The notes under the pieces: model-generated
What the model saw: the letters and a program-made list of their open reading frames with translations, nothing else
Database searches by the model: none
Told to the model about the DNA's origin: nothing
In this document: positions 9,670-19,864 of the stretch, in pieces
Layout: the number at the start of each line of letters is the position of its first letter
How positions within the stretch are numbered: the first letter of the stretch is position 1
Position numbers and translations under genes: made by a program
From: Thermoproteota archaeon
Lineage (GTDB): Archaea; Korarchaeota; Korarchaeia; Korarchaeales; Korarchaeaceae
Direction: 5' to 3'
DNA length: 64,000 bases
NCBI GenBank assembly: GCA_027491395.1
Contig: JAOZFI010000006.1
Location: forward strand, 81,388-145,387

Positions 9670-11301
9670 TTACTCCTCACCTTTGCCCTTTCCACCTTCG
9701 AATTTCTTGCCGGCAGCAGCTATTATATCATCGATCTTGAGCACAGTGGTCGCGAACTCAGCTGCGGACTCTACGGCCCTCCTGATCACCCTCTCAGGCT
9801 CTATTATGTCCTTCTCGTACATGTTCTCCACCTCTCCGGTGTATATGTTGAAGCCATACTCCCTCTTACCCTCGGCGTGCGCCTTCCTCAGTTCGGCCAG
9901 CTTGACTATCGGGTCGTGGCCAGCGTTCTCTATCAGAGTCTTAGGTATGGACTCGAGGGCCTCAGCGAACTTCTCCACCACGTTCTGCTCCTTTCCACCG
10001 AGCTGGACCGCGTAGTCCTTGAGCTTGAGCACTAGATCCGTCCAAGCGGCACCAGCGCCCACAACTATTTTCTCATCCTCTATGACGTTTCTGACCACGC
10101 TTAAAGCGTCATGCAGGTTCCTCTCAGCCTCATCTATGACCTGCTTCTCTCCACCCCTTATCAGTATGCTAACGGCCCTGGGATCCTTGCATCCCTCGAC
10201 GAAGACCATCTTGTCCTCTCCGACCCTCCTCTCCTCAACTAGCTCCGCGTAACCGAGGTCCTTTTCAGATATCTCCTTAACGTTAACGATTATCTTGGCT
10301 CCAGTGGCCTTGGCGAGCTTCTCCATATCGGATTTCCTCACCCTCCTGACAGCTAGTATGCCGTGCTTCGCTAAGAAGTGCTGGGCGACGTCATCGATGC
10401 CCTTCTGGCAGAACACCACGTTCGCTCCGGTGGCGGCTATCTTCTCAACCAACTCGGCCAGCATCTGCTTCTCCTGGTCCAAGAACTCCTTAACCTGAGT
10501 CGGTGAGGTTACCCTGATCTTAGAGGAGAGCTCAGGCTTCTTTATCTCAAGGGCGCTCTCTATGAGAGCTATCTTGGCGTTCTCTATCCTCCTAGGCATC
10601 CTAGGATGTACGACCTCCTTGTCGATCACTATACCCCTGATGAGCTTTGTGTCAAACAGGGAACCGCCCTCCTTCTTCTCCAGCTTTATGTTATCGAGAT
10701 CAACAATTCTCTTACCGTCTCTCTCCTCCACGACCTGTAGAGCGGCATCGACGACGAGATCGGCCAGATAGTCCTGTGCCACCCGGGCGGACTTGCTGCT
10801 CATGGCTATCTTAGCTATCTTCTTCAGCAACTCTTTGTCGTTCCACGGGACCTTGATCGCTATCTCATTCAAGTACTCCACCGCCTTTTCCGCGGCCTTC
10901 CTGTACCCGGAGATTACTACTGTAGGATGTATGCCTAGATCCAATAGGTCCTCCGCCTTGGCCAGTAATTCACCGGCTAGGAGAACTACGGTAGTTGTAC
11001 CGTCTCCAGCTTCCTGCTCTTGGGATTTCGCTAAGTCCACCATCATCTTAGCAGTGGGATGCTCGACCTCTATCTCCTTCATTATGGTGGCACCGTCGTG
11101 TGTGATTATCACATCCCCAAAGGGGTCGACGAGCATCTTCTGCATGCCCTTAGGACTGAGGGAAGTCCTTATGGTATCAGCTATGGCCTTTGCAACGGTT
11201 ATATTCAACCTCAGGGCTTCCCTACCCTTGGTCCTTGAGGTTCCTTCTTTCAATATCAGAACGGGGATTGCTCCAGCTCCCTCGCCACCTTGAACGGCCA
11301 T
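9670..11301 (-). CDS. ths: Thermosome (group II chaperonin) subunit
   Basis: PVLILKEG, GDGTTT, FCQKGIDD, LKIDDIIAA; GAGGTGA RBS before ATG 11301. Confidence 0.97.
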   Translation of the reverse strand: MAVQGGEGAGAIPVLILKEGTSRTKGREALRLNITVAKAIADTIRTSLSPKGMQKMLVDPFGDVIITHDGATIMKEIEVEHPTAKMMVDLAKSQEQEAGDGTTTVVLLAGELLAKAEDLLDLGIHPTVVISGYRKAAEKAVEYLNEIAIKVPWNDKELLKKIAKIAMSSKSARVAQDYLADLVVDAALQVVEERDGKRIVDLDNIKLEKKEGGSLFDTKLIRGIVIDKEVVHPRMPRRIENAKIALIESALEIKKPELSSKIRVTSPTQVKEFLDQEKQMLAELVEKIAATGANVVFCQKGIDDVAQHFLAKHGILAVRRVRKSDMEKLAKATGAKIIVNVKEISEKDLGYAELVEERRVGEDKMVFVEGCKDPRAVSILIRGGEKQVIDEAERNLHDALSVVRNVIEDEKIVVGAGAAWTDLVLKLKDYAVQLGGKEQNVVEKFAEALESIPKTLIENAGHDPIVKLAELRKAHAEGKREYGFNIYTGEVENMYEKDIIEPERVIRRAVESAAEFATTVLKIDDIIAAAGKKFEGGKGKGEE

Positions 11302-11454
11302 ACATATCACCTCTTTTACTGGGTCTCTCAGAACTTGTCGCTGGGATTACCCATGTTAGGGTCGATAACCGAGTTAAAAAAGCTTATCAATCTATCCAGC
11401 CCTCCCGTTAACTTGAGGAGCTCCAAGAGAGAGTAAAAATGGTGAAATATTTGA

Positions 11455-14349
11455 ATGATAGACGAGGATCTCTTCAATCTATTGCCTAGTTGCCTGAGAT
11501 CAGCTATGAAAGATAGAGGAATTGGGAGGCTAACGGAGATACAGGAGATGGCCATTCCACTCATCCTCTCAGGTAAAAATGCCCTTCTGATAGCTCCAAC
11601 GGGTTCTGGAAAGACTGAAGCAGCCCTTTGGCCCATCCTCACAATGATGAAGAGTGAAGGAATAGGAGAGGGATTTATCACGCTTTATGTGACCCCCTTA
11701 AGGGCCCTGAACAGGGACCTAGAGGAAAGGATAACCTACTGGTCCTCTAGATGTGGCTTCGATGTTGGAGTGAGGCATGGTGATACCTCCAAGGCGGAGA
11801 GGACTAGACAATCGAGATCTCCTCCTCATATCCTCATAACGACACCAGAGACCCTCCTGATTATAATGTCCGGACCTAAGATCTCTAAGTGGCTTAAAAA
11901 CGTGAGGTATGTCATTATAGACGAGGTTCACGAGCTACTGGACGACAAGAGGGGCACGCAACTCTCCTTATCCCTAGAGAGGCTTGAGAGGATACGGGGG
12001 AGGGCATTCCAGAGGATAATGCTCTCAGCCTCCCTAGGCAACCCCGCGATGGCCCTAGAATATTTCTCCTATAGAAGGGACGGGGAGATCTCATATTCGC
12101 GAGAGAGCCGCTTAATGAAAATATCAGTAGCCTATCCGGAGCCTTCTCAAAGGGACATCGAGCTATCTAAGGCCATGCTCCTAGAACCGGGGGTGATAGC
12201 TAGGATCAGAATACTGGCGGATTTGATAAGGGAGGCCAGATCGGCCATAGTCTTCACGAACACTAGGTCCATGGCGGAGGCCCTTGGCTACAGGATGAGG
12301 AAAGCATTCGAGGAGCTGAAGATACATGTCCATCATAGCTCTTTATCGAAGGACGCTAGGGTGGAGAGCGAATCACTCCTCAAGAGGGGAGAACTCTCTG
12401 CGGTGATCAGCACGAGCTCGTTGGAGCTAGGAATAGATGTAGGGTACGTAGATTTGGTAGTACAGTACGGTTCCCCTAGGCAGGCGATGAAGTTGCTTCA
12501 GAGGGTCGGCAGATCTGGGCACGGTCCAGGCAGGGTGGCTAGAGGTGTAGTAGTTGCCCAGGACTCTGACGACTATCTGGAGTCGATAGTACTGGCTAAG
12601 AGGGCCCTCTCGGGCGATTTGGAGGAGCTAAGGCCTTTGGAGAAGTCCTATGATGTGCTCTACCACAGCACCATCGGACTGCTCTTGGGAGAGAGATCCG
12701 TCTCACTGCAGGATCTGGTGGACATGGCCAAGCGATCATGGCCGTACAGGGAGATAACCATCGACGAGGTTAGGGGAATATTCTCCTTCATGTCCAAGGC
12801 TTGGCCCAGAATCATCTGGTACGATGAAGTAGGGGATAGCGTCAAGAGGTATGGAGGCGGGCTAGCCCATGAGTACTTCTTCTCGAACATCTCCACGATA
12901 CCCGACACCACATCATACCCTGTCATAGATGACACCACGGGATTCTACATAGGCCAGCTGGATGAGACCTTCGTCTTGGAGTACCTGCTTCCCGGCGTTA
13001 AGTTCGTCTTCAGGGGATCGGTCTGGAAGGTCAAGAGGATAGAAGGCGGTCGCATTTTCGTGGAACAGGTCTTCGACCCGGTCGGTGCCATACCCAGCTG
13101 GATAGGGGAACAGTTACCCGTGGCAAGGGAGACTGCAATTGAGGTGGGAGCTATCAGGGGACTCGTGGAGGAGGCCATATCCGAGGACGCATTGGACGAG
13201 CTCGTAAATAATCTGGTGAGGGGGTACCCCTTCACAAAGTCTGAGGATCTCAGAAGAGCTCTAGCCACAGTAGTGGATCACGTGAAACAGGGTTATCCGC
13301 TTCCTACAGATCGGAGGATCGTGATAGAGGGTATAACTGGCTCAGGCGTCGTGATCCACTCCACTCAGGGTAGCTTGGTTAACAGGACATTAGGGAGAGG
13401 CCTGTCCTTCGTCATCTCCAGGGACTTCAAGGTCGCTGTAAGAGTGACTGAGGATCCCTACAGGATAGTGATAATGGGTGTTGGTAAAGAGGCAGTGGCT
13501 GAGTCCCTACATCGCCTCTCTAGGGAGGGTAGGGACACTCTGGTGAAGGCCGTAGCCAACAGTTCATTCTTCAGGATCAGGTTACTCCATGTGGCTAAGA
13601 GGATGGGCCTGATAAGAGATACGGCGAACTCTAGGATCGTGAGCTTGGTCAGGCTGGCCAAGGCATACGAAGGTACTCCCGTCTACGAGGAAGCTTTAAG
13701 GGAGTCCCTCACGAAGGATTTCGATGTTGATGGGACGCTGGACCTACTCAGGTCGATATTCTTAGGAAAGATAGAAGTGGTCATATCTGAGAAGCAGGGT
13801 CCGAGTCCCCTATCTCTGCTAGGATTGGAGAGATCAGGTCTACCCCTAGAGATAATTCCTCCATCGGAATTGAGCAGGAGGCTGCTGGAGAGCTTCAAGT
13901 ACAGGATACTTTCACAGCAGATCACGCTGGTCTGCTCCAACTGTTGGAGATGGAGCATGGACACCACGGTATTGAGCCTCCTAGATTTGGGGAAAGTGCC
14001 CAAATGTCCTGTGTGTGGAAGTGATAGGGTAGCGGCCCTCTCCGGATACTGGGCATCCGAAGCCAAGGAATATGTGGAGGAATCTAAGAGGAGGGGGAGG
14101 CCCTCTGTACCCAACTGGGAGCTCGCTAACAGGGTCTATGAACTCGGCTCACTCACCGAGAGGTACGGGCTACCAGCCGTAGTCGCGATGGCCGCTAGGG
14201 GGGTGGATCCAATGGACATCGAGTGGCTGGTATCGAGGCGTACCGAGTTGGACGAGGATTTCATGGCCGAACTCGCTAAAGTTGAGACTGAGGCCGTAAA
14301 GAGGAGGTTGACCGGGAAGAAGAGGAGAAGGAGGAAGAGGTCTGGTTAG
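11455..14349 (+). CDS. lhr: Lhr-family SF2 DEAD/DEAH helicase with C-terminal Zn finger
   Basis: APTGSGKT, TPLRALN, DEVH, SAS, TSSLELGID, QRVGRSGH; CSNC..CPVC. Confidence 0.92.
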   Translation: MIDEDLFNLLPSCLRSAMKDRGIGRLTEIQEMAIPLILSGKNALLIAPTGSGKTEAALWPILTMMKSEGIGEGFITLYVTPLRALNRDLEERITYWSSRCGFDVGVRHGDTSKAERTRQSRSPPHILITTPETLLIIMSGPKISKWLKNVRYVIIDEVHELLDDKRGTQLSLSLERLERIRGRAFQRIMLSASLGNPAMALEYFSYRRDGEISYSRESRLMKISVAYPEPSQRDIELSKAMLLEPGVIARIRILADLIREARSAIVFTNTRSMAEALGYRMRKAFEELKIHVHHSSLSKDARVESESLLKRGELSAVISTSSLELGIDVGYVDLVVQYGSPRQAMKLLQRVGRSGHGPGRVARGVVVAQDSDDYLESIVLAKRALSGDLEELRPLEKSYDVLYHSTIGLLLGERSVSLQDLVDMAKRSWPYREITIDEVRGIFSFMSKAWPRIIWYDEVGDSVKRYGGGLAHEYFFSNISTIPDTTSYPVIDDTTGFYIGQLDETFVLEYLLPGVKFVFRGSVWKVKRIEGGRIFVEQVFDPVGAIPSWIGEQLPVARETAIEVGAIRGLVEEAISEDALDELVNNLVRGYPFTKSEDLRRALATVVDHVKQGYPLPTDRRIVIEGITGSGVVIHSTQGSLVNRTLGRGLSFVISRDFKVAVRVTEDPYRIVIMGVGKEAVAESLHRLSREGRDTLVKAVANSSFFRIRLLHVAKRMGLIRDTANSRIVSLVRLAKAYEGTPVYEEALRESLTKDFDVDGTLDLLRSIFLGKIEVVISEKQGPSPLSLLGLERSGLPLEIIPPSELSRRLLESFKYRILSQQITLVCSNCWRWSMDTTVLSLLDLGKVPKCPVCGSDRVAALSGYWASEAKEYVEESKRRGRPSVPNWELANRVYELGSLTERYGLPAVVAMAARGVDPMDIEWLVSRRTELDEDFMAELAKVETEAVKRRLTGKKRRRRKRSG

Positions 14350-14353
14350 GTTG

Positions 14354-14980
14354 TCAAGTCAGGAGGCCCGCACCCCTCAGGATTCTAATGGCGGCACTCC
14401 TCGGATCGCTCGACTTCGTTATTGCCCTTCCCACCATGACGAAATCGGCTCTTTTAGCTACTTCCCCTATGGTAGACTCATTTATACCACCGGCGACACC
14501 TATCTTGACTCCCAGCTCTTTAGCGGAGTCTAGCAACTCGTATTCGGAGAATACCCCCTCATCAACCCCCCTGTGCAGGCATATCCTGTGTATTCCGAAC
14601 TCTATGATCTCTTTCAAACGGGGCACCACATCTCTTAGGCCTAAAGTGTCCACCAGTACCTCTCCCCCGGATTCTTCTGCTCTCCTGACCGCTTCCTTTA
14701 TGGTTTCATCCGGTGACACAGCCATTACGCTCATCAGATCGGCGCCGGAGGAGAAGGCCAGATCCGCCTCTAGGTACCCCGTGTCCATGGTCTTAGTGTC
14801 AGCGAACAGCTTGATCTCAGGAAATCTCTCCCTGAGCTTTCTCACGGATCTCATTCCTTCAGCCTTTATCAGTGGAGTTCCAACCTCAATCTCCCTGAAG
14901 CCGGCCCCCACCGCCAGCTCAGCTATCCTAATAGCCTCGTCCAAGGATGTCAGGTCGATTGACAGGAACACCTCTACCAT
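14354..14980 (-). CDS. 3-hexulose-6-phosphate synthase-like protein (OMPDC/HPS family)
   Basis: IEVGTPLIK.EG, ADTKTMDTG, HRGVD, VAGGI, VGRAITKS. Confidence 0.85.
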   Translation of the reverse strand: MVEVFLSIDLTSLDEAIRIAELAVGAGFREIEVGTPLIKAEGMRSVRKLRERFPEIKLFADTKTMDTGYLEADLAFSSGADLMSVMAVSPDETIKEAVRRAEESGGEVLVDTLGLRDVVPRLKEIIEFGIHRICLHRGVDEGVFSEYELLDSAKELGVKIGVAGGINESTIGEVAKRADFVMVGRAITKSSDPRSAAIRILRGAGLLT

Positions 14981-15252
14981 TCCGAGCCCCCCATCCATCT
15001 CCTGACCACGTAAATGAGTGCCAGAATTAAAACTAGCGAGATCAGGATCAGTGCCACAGTGATATGCAGGGGAATGTTCTCTCCAGCGGCGAAGATGAAG
15101 GGACCTATTATCACCACGAAACCTCCACCGGAACCAGCTTCGGTGGAGTGGGAGATCATCAAGGCCATGAAGCCCATTATGATGAGGGACACTCCCATGA
15201 AGATCAAGAACACTCTGACGAAAATCTTCTCATCTATCTCGCTCATGACCAA
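14974..15252 (-). CDS. DUF131-like small membrane protein
   Basis: Two TM segments around GGGFVVIIGP. Confidence 0.65.
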   Translation of the reverse strand: MVMSEIDEKIFVRVFLIFMGVSLIIMGFMALMISHSTEAGSGGGFVVIIGPFIFAAGENIPLHITVALILISLVLILALIYVVRRWMGGSEW

Positions 15253-15497
15253 GCCCCCATGAGGACGATCATGGTCAGCATCAGCAGGACGGATATAGCT
15301 ACTAGTACGATGAGGAGCGATGTCTTAATGTTCCTACCGAACACTATGGGGATAGGCCCTATCAGTATCACCCCACCGACGCTGTAGTCTCCGAACTTCC
15401 GGGATGGCAGTAGCAGCGCCAACGCGATTAACACAAGCCCCATAACTATTAGGAGAATTCCCATGAGGTCTAGAGGACTCAAGATCTCATCCCCCAA
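15243..15497 (-). CDS. DUF131 small membrane protein
   Basis: GGVILIGPIPIVFG signature. Confidence 0.85.
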   Translation of the reverse strand: MGDEILSPLDLMGILLIVMGLVLIALALLLPSRKFGDYSVGGVILIGPIPIVFGRNIKTSLLIVLVAISVLLMLTMIVLMGAWS

Positions 15498-16875
15498 TCA
15501 ACTTAGCGAGCTTGGGATAATTGGACGGATCCCCCCTGACCCTAACTATCTCCCCATCCATTAAAGGCGTACTTGGGCTAAAGGGAAGGGAGGAACCGGA
15601 TGGATCGTATATGGCAATGACCTCGTATCCAGTAACCTCTATGAATTGGGAAACGGTCATTCCTCTGGACTTGGATCTCCCCTCTACCTTAAAAGCCACA
15701 TAGTGCGGTGAACCTCCCTTGAAGTGGGGTGATTCGTGCCTCAAGGACCTTAGATCCCAGATCCTCCAGAGGACCTCGGCTATCATCTTGGATGCCGTAC
15801 CGTTCCCAAACGGATTGGGAAGGCCCTCTATCCTCCTCCTAACCTCCTCCTCGTAGAGGAACCTTCTAACCGATGACACTATGGAGGAGGGATTGGCGCC
15901 CGCTACCTCGCCGAATCCCAGTTCAACTATCTCAGGCCTCTCCGTGTTATCCCTCAATATGATGCAGGGCTTCTTCAGGGTGGCCGACTCCTCCTGAACC
16001 CCACCGGAATCGGTAGCCACCACATCCGAGGCCGAGAGAAGTCTCAAAAAATCTATGTAGCCTAGAGGCTCGATCAACATCACGTGCTCTAACGTCCTCA
16101 ATTCGCTCAACAGACCGAAAGCCTTCAGCCTCTTGTAAGTTCTCGGATGCAGGGGCCACACTATGGTCAGCTCATCCAATTCCCTCAGGGCTTTCACTAT
16201 CCCCAGCATTCTATACTCCTTGTCGGCATTCTCCTTTCTATGAACTGTGATGGTCATGAGAGGCTCACCCTCTACTACACCCAATTCCTTTAGGATGTTA
16301 GATCGTCTAATGGTGCTCCACATCTTCTCGACGACGTCAACTATGGTATTACCGCTCAATACAATCCTCTCGGGGGGATAGCCCTCCTCATTGAGATTGG
16401 AGAATGCTCTGGGGGTGGGGGCGAAGTTCAGCGACGCGAGGTGATCAGCGACCCTCCTGTTTATCTCCTCCGGCATCGTGAAATCGTAGCTCCTGAGCCC
16501 CGATTCTATGTGTATGAAGGGAACCTCTAGTTTGGAAGCAGCCAGAGCGGTTCCAAGTACGGAGTTCGTATCACCTACCGATAGGACAGCATCCGGTTCG
16601 TAGTTCTCCACAACCTTTCCCATCTCATGTAGAACCCTAGCAGTCTGATCCACCTGATCTCCCGATCCTATGCCCAAGTTGAGGTCTGGCTCGTCGAGTC
16701 CAAGCTCGGAGAAGAATACATCGCTCATTTCCCAATCGTAATGCTGCCCAGTGTGCACTAGAAACAGCTCTACACCCTTTATACGCGATAGAGCCTCGTA
16801 TACAGGCGCCATCTTGATGATCTCGGGTCTAGTGCCCACCGACAGAAGCAACCTCATATCCCTTCGCTTCTCCAT
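15487..16875 (-). CDS. wecB: UDP-N-acetylglucosamine 2-epimerase (non-hydrolysing) with C-terminal extension
   Basis: GTRPEIIKMAP, HTGQHYD, HIESGLRS, PEEINR, TDSGGVQEE, TERPE, NPFGNG. Confidence 0.95.
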   Translation of the reverse strand: MEKRRDMRLLLSVGTRPEIIKMAPVYEALSRIKGVELFLVHTGQHYDWEMSDVFFSELGLDEPDLNLGIGSGDQVDQTARVLHEMGKVVENYEPDAVLSVGDTNSVLGTALAASKLEVPFIHIESGLRSYDFTMPEEINRRVADHLASLNFAPTPRAFSNLNEEGYPPERIVLSGNTIVDVVEKMWSTIRRSNILKELGVVEGEPLMTITVHRKENADKEYRMLGIVKALRELDELTIVWPLHPRTYKRLKAFGLLSELRTLEHVMLIEPLGYIDFLRLLSASDVVATDSGGVQEESATLKKPCIILRDNTERPEIVELGFGEVAGANPSSIVSSVRRFLYEEEVRRRIEGLPNPFGNGTASKMIAEVLWRIWDLRSLRHESPHFKGGSPHYVAFKVEGRSKSRGMTVSQFIEVTGYEVIAIYDPSGSSLPFSPSTPLMDGEIVRVRGDPSNYPKLAKLIGG

Positions 16876-16927
16876 GACCTGTAATCATTTTTAATAAACG
16901 GAGGTGGACCTACCAGACACCTGAAAG

Positions 16928-19345
16928 GTGATCTACATGCTCAAGCCGGAAAAGGTAGTCCGATTCTACGCTTACACAACTAAACTGCATGTGGACGATA
17001 TGGCAGAGGCCCTCATGGAGTTCGATGATGTCCACGTAGAACCCCCAGAGGGACTTCCCGGCGTCAAACCTCCGGAGGGCCTAGAAACTCCAGATTTAGA
17101 TGCTTACGAAGAAATAATCAGGGCTTTAGAAAGAGCGAGCGCGTTAACTGGAATATCTCTAGAGGATATCTTGAATCAGGCTACTTCTAATAAAATTCCA
17201 GAGACCGTTGATCACAAGGAGCTGATCTCGGAACTGGATGAATTGGTGGGAAAGTACCTCTCCTTGAGGAAAGAGCTTGAGCTAGCAAAGAAGGCGAAAT
17301 CCTTGCTCAAAGAAAGGACTAATAGATTGAGGGAGCTAGAGGAGAAGCTCGAGGAGCTCGAGATGAAAATAAAGGAGTACTACGCGGCAGCTCTTGAGAT
17401 AACTGAGGAAGATCCCACAAAGCTGCGACTGGGAAGAATGCTGCTAGAAATAGATAGGGATCTCCTGAGGACTTCTTCGCTAGTAAATGCGGCCCTAAAC
17501 CCCTCCATGTCCATAAACGATATAAGAGAGATCCTGAGGAATCTACTGGAGTCCTTATCCGAGTTAGAGGCAAGATTATTGGCGGTACAAGATGAATTGA
17601 AGGAAGAGAAAGAGATAGAGGAAGTTAAACGAGGCATACAAGATCTCAAGGAGATTCTTGAAGAACTAAATAGAGAGATAGAAGGATACATGAGGAGGAA
17701 AGACAAATTATCCGAACTCAAAGCTGTGGAAAGTCTTTGGAATAGGATGAGAGATACCATAAGGAAGGTTCCGGAGCTGAGCCCTCTATTGGTTGAGAGA
17801 GAACCAGCGATAGCTAAGGTTACACAGCAGATAGCTGATCTAGAAAACGAGATAGGTAGAAGGGAGGGCATTATAAGGGAGAAGCTTCAGTTAGCTAAGA
17901 AACTCATCGCTAATGTGAGAGAGGCCTTTATCAGGCTTAGAGATAGGATGCTTACTATTAAGGCGGTAGCAGCAGGAGAAGCTGAACAAAGGGTATCTGA
18001 GCTCATAGAGGGGGCTAAACCGATAATCTCTGAGAAAGGTAAGTTAGAGGAGGAGATCAAGAAACTAGAAGTACTCAGCAACAAAGAAGAGGTGGGCAAA
18101 CTGAAGGAGGAGGCAGAAAAACTACTCTTAAAAGTGAGGGAAACCGCAGCCAAGCTCGCCTCGAAGGCACTCTCGGTGAAACCGAGGGCGATTCTACAGA
18201 AACTGAAGAAAATGACCTACCTAGGTGAGGAGATAGCGGTGATATCAGGATGGGTCCCTTCATCTAAAATCGATGACTTCGAGAGGAGCATTAAGGATAA
18301 GCTGGGTAATTACGTGGCTCTGGAGTTCGAAGAGCCGAAAAAGGGAGAAGGAGTCCCTTCCAAGGTCAAATTGCCTACAATACTAAGACCTGTCCGTCTA
18401 CTAACTCACAGGCTTTACGGATTACCATCGATAAGGGAGCTGGATCCGACGCCAATAACTGCGATATTCTTCCCGCTGATGTTCGGGATGATGTACGGTG
18501 ACGTAGGTCATGGTCTCACTTTAGCCCTCTTTGGTGCTCTGCTATGGAGTAGATCTAGAGGAGCAATGAAGGAACTGGCTGGTCTGTTAATCTACTCTGG
18601 AATGGCGGCAGCATTCTTTGGCTATCTATATGGCATGATTTACTTCATAGAATTCACCGAACATCCTATACTCAGCCCTCTTCACGATACCATGAGGCTG
18701 ATGGCTGTCGCTCTTCTATTCGGTGCTTTTGAACTAATGGTCGGCTTCATCATGAACACCATTAACAAATTGCTGGAGAAGGATATATTTGCTGCACTAT
18801 TTGAATATAAAGGAGTTACGACGCTAATCATGTATGCAGGCGCTGTCTACGCAGTTGTGAGGAACAATGCCGACATAGTAGGTACAATAACTGATCCACT
18901 ATTCATATCAATGGTAGTGCCTCTCCTTATAACAGCTATAGCTCCTGTAATAAGGGCTGCGAGGGAAGGACACGGTATAGGCGAAGGGATGTCCGAAATG
19001 ATCGCAACATTATTAGAGAGTGTGCTAGCTCTCTTCAGCAACTCACTGTCCTACATCAGGTTGGCTGCCTTCGCGGTGATTCACGAGGTCTTCGGGGTCC
19101 TAACGGCGCAGCTTATACTCGGTAAGGAGATCGCTACTATAGCCGATCTGGGATCTTTAATAGCTCCAGGGGCCCTAATAGGATTCGTGTTCATGAACAT
19201 AGCCGTTATGGGGCTCGAAGGGATGCTCTCATTCATACAAGCCACTAGGTTGACATTCTATGAGTTCTTCTCGAAATTCTACAAAGCGGCTGGGAGGGAG
19301 TTCAAGTGCGTCTCCGAGCTTCTCGGACCCACTCTCTCATCATAA
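16928..19345 (+). CDS. atpI: A/V-type ATP synthase subunit I (a), elongated
   Basis: GWVP, YGLP..ELDPT, FGMMYGDVGHG, SNSLSYIRL (essential Arg), RLTFYEFFSKFY. Confidence 0.93.
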   Translation: MIYMLKPEKVVRFYAYTTKLHVDDMAEALMEFDDVHVEPPEGLPGVKPPEGLETPDLDAYEEIIRALERASALTGISLEDILNQATSNKIPETVDHKELISELDELVGKYLSLRKELELAKKAKSLLKERTNRLRELEEKLEELEMKIKEYYAAALEITEEDPTKLRLGRMLLEIDRDLLRTSSLVNAALNPSMSINDIREILRNLLESLSELEARLLAVQDELKEEKEIEEVKRGIQDLKEILEELNREIEGYMRRKDKLSELKAVESLWNRMRDTIRKVPELSPLLVEREPAIAKVTQQIADLENEIGRREGIIREKLQLAKKLIANVREAFIRLRDRMLTIKAVAAGEAEQRVSELIEGAKPIISEKGKLEEEIKKLEVLSNKEEVGKLKEEAEKLLLKVRETAAKLASKALSVKPRAILQKLKKMTYLGEEIAVISGWVPSSKIDDFERSIKDKLGNYVALEFEEPKKGEGVPSKVKLPTILRPVRLLTHRLYGLPSIRELDPTPITAIFFPLMFGMMYGDVGHGLTLALFGALLWSRSRGAMKELAGLLIYSGMAAAFFGYLYGMIYFIEFTEHPILSPLHDTMRLMAVALLFGAFELMVGFIMNTINKLLEKDIFAALFEYKGVTTLIMYAGAVYAVVRNNADIVGTITDPLFISMVVPLLITAIAPVIRAAREGHGIGEGMSEMIATLLESVLALFSNSLSYIRLAAFAVIHEVFGVLTAQLILGKEIATIADLGSLIAPGALIGFVFMNIAVMGLEGMLSFIQATRLTFYEFFSKFYKAAGREFKCVSELLGPTLSS

Positions 19346-19415
19346 CAAATTTTTTATTAATGGTAATCATGAGCTCAGAGGTCTCCACAGATCGAGATAT
19401 GCTACGGGTGATCGT

Positions 19416-19745
19416 ATGGTCAACATGAGGAAGAAGAAATTGCTGTCCTATGTGATATTAGGACTTCCCCTATTGCTCCTGCCCCTGTCAATTGTTGGCG
19501 CCGCTGCTGCATCTCCTGAGGAGGCTGCGGCTGGAGCCGGTGGTCTAAAGTTTATAGGAGCCGCCGTTGCCATTCTTGGAAGCACAATCGCCGCTGGAAT
19601 AGCTCTGTACGGTGTAGCTATAGGTGGCAGCGCTCTCCTTGCTGAGAACCCGAACGCATTCACTCAAGTCCTTATACTAGGGGGTCTGGCAGAGGGAGTG
19701 GCAGTTTACGGTCTGCTAGTAGCCTTCCTCATACTGGGAGGCTAA
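19416..19745 (+). CDS. atpK: A/V-type ATP synthase proteolipid subunit K (c), single hairpin with signal-peptide-like leader
   Basis: ENP loop and GLAEGVAVYGLLV with ion-binding Glu; GGTGA RBS before ATG 19416; separate TTTTTATTAA box at ~19351-19360. Confidence 0.92.
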   Translation: MVNMRKKKLLSYVILGLPLLLLPLSIVGAAAASPEEAAAGAGGLKFIGAAVAILGSTIAAGIALYGVAIGGSALLAENPNAFTQVLILGGLAEGVAVYGLLVAFLILGG

Positions 19746-19864
19746 GTCCTCCCCCTTTATTTATGTGAAAGCCTCTTTCTCTCTCCTAACTAGAGATCAA
19801 CGTAGCGTCAGCCTTAAAAGGGTCTTGAGAAGCTTTAAAGAAGGAAAAGGGGAAATAGGAATCA

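Noticed and set aside
19260-19415. 161-aa version of subunit K
   Set aside because: Upstream part overlaps atpI and a TATA-like box; the RBS supports ATG 19416
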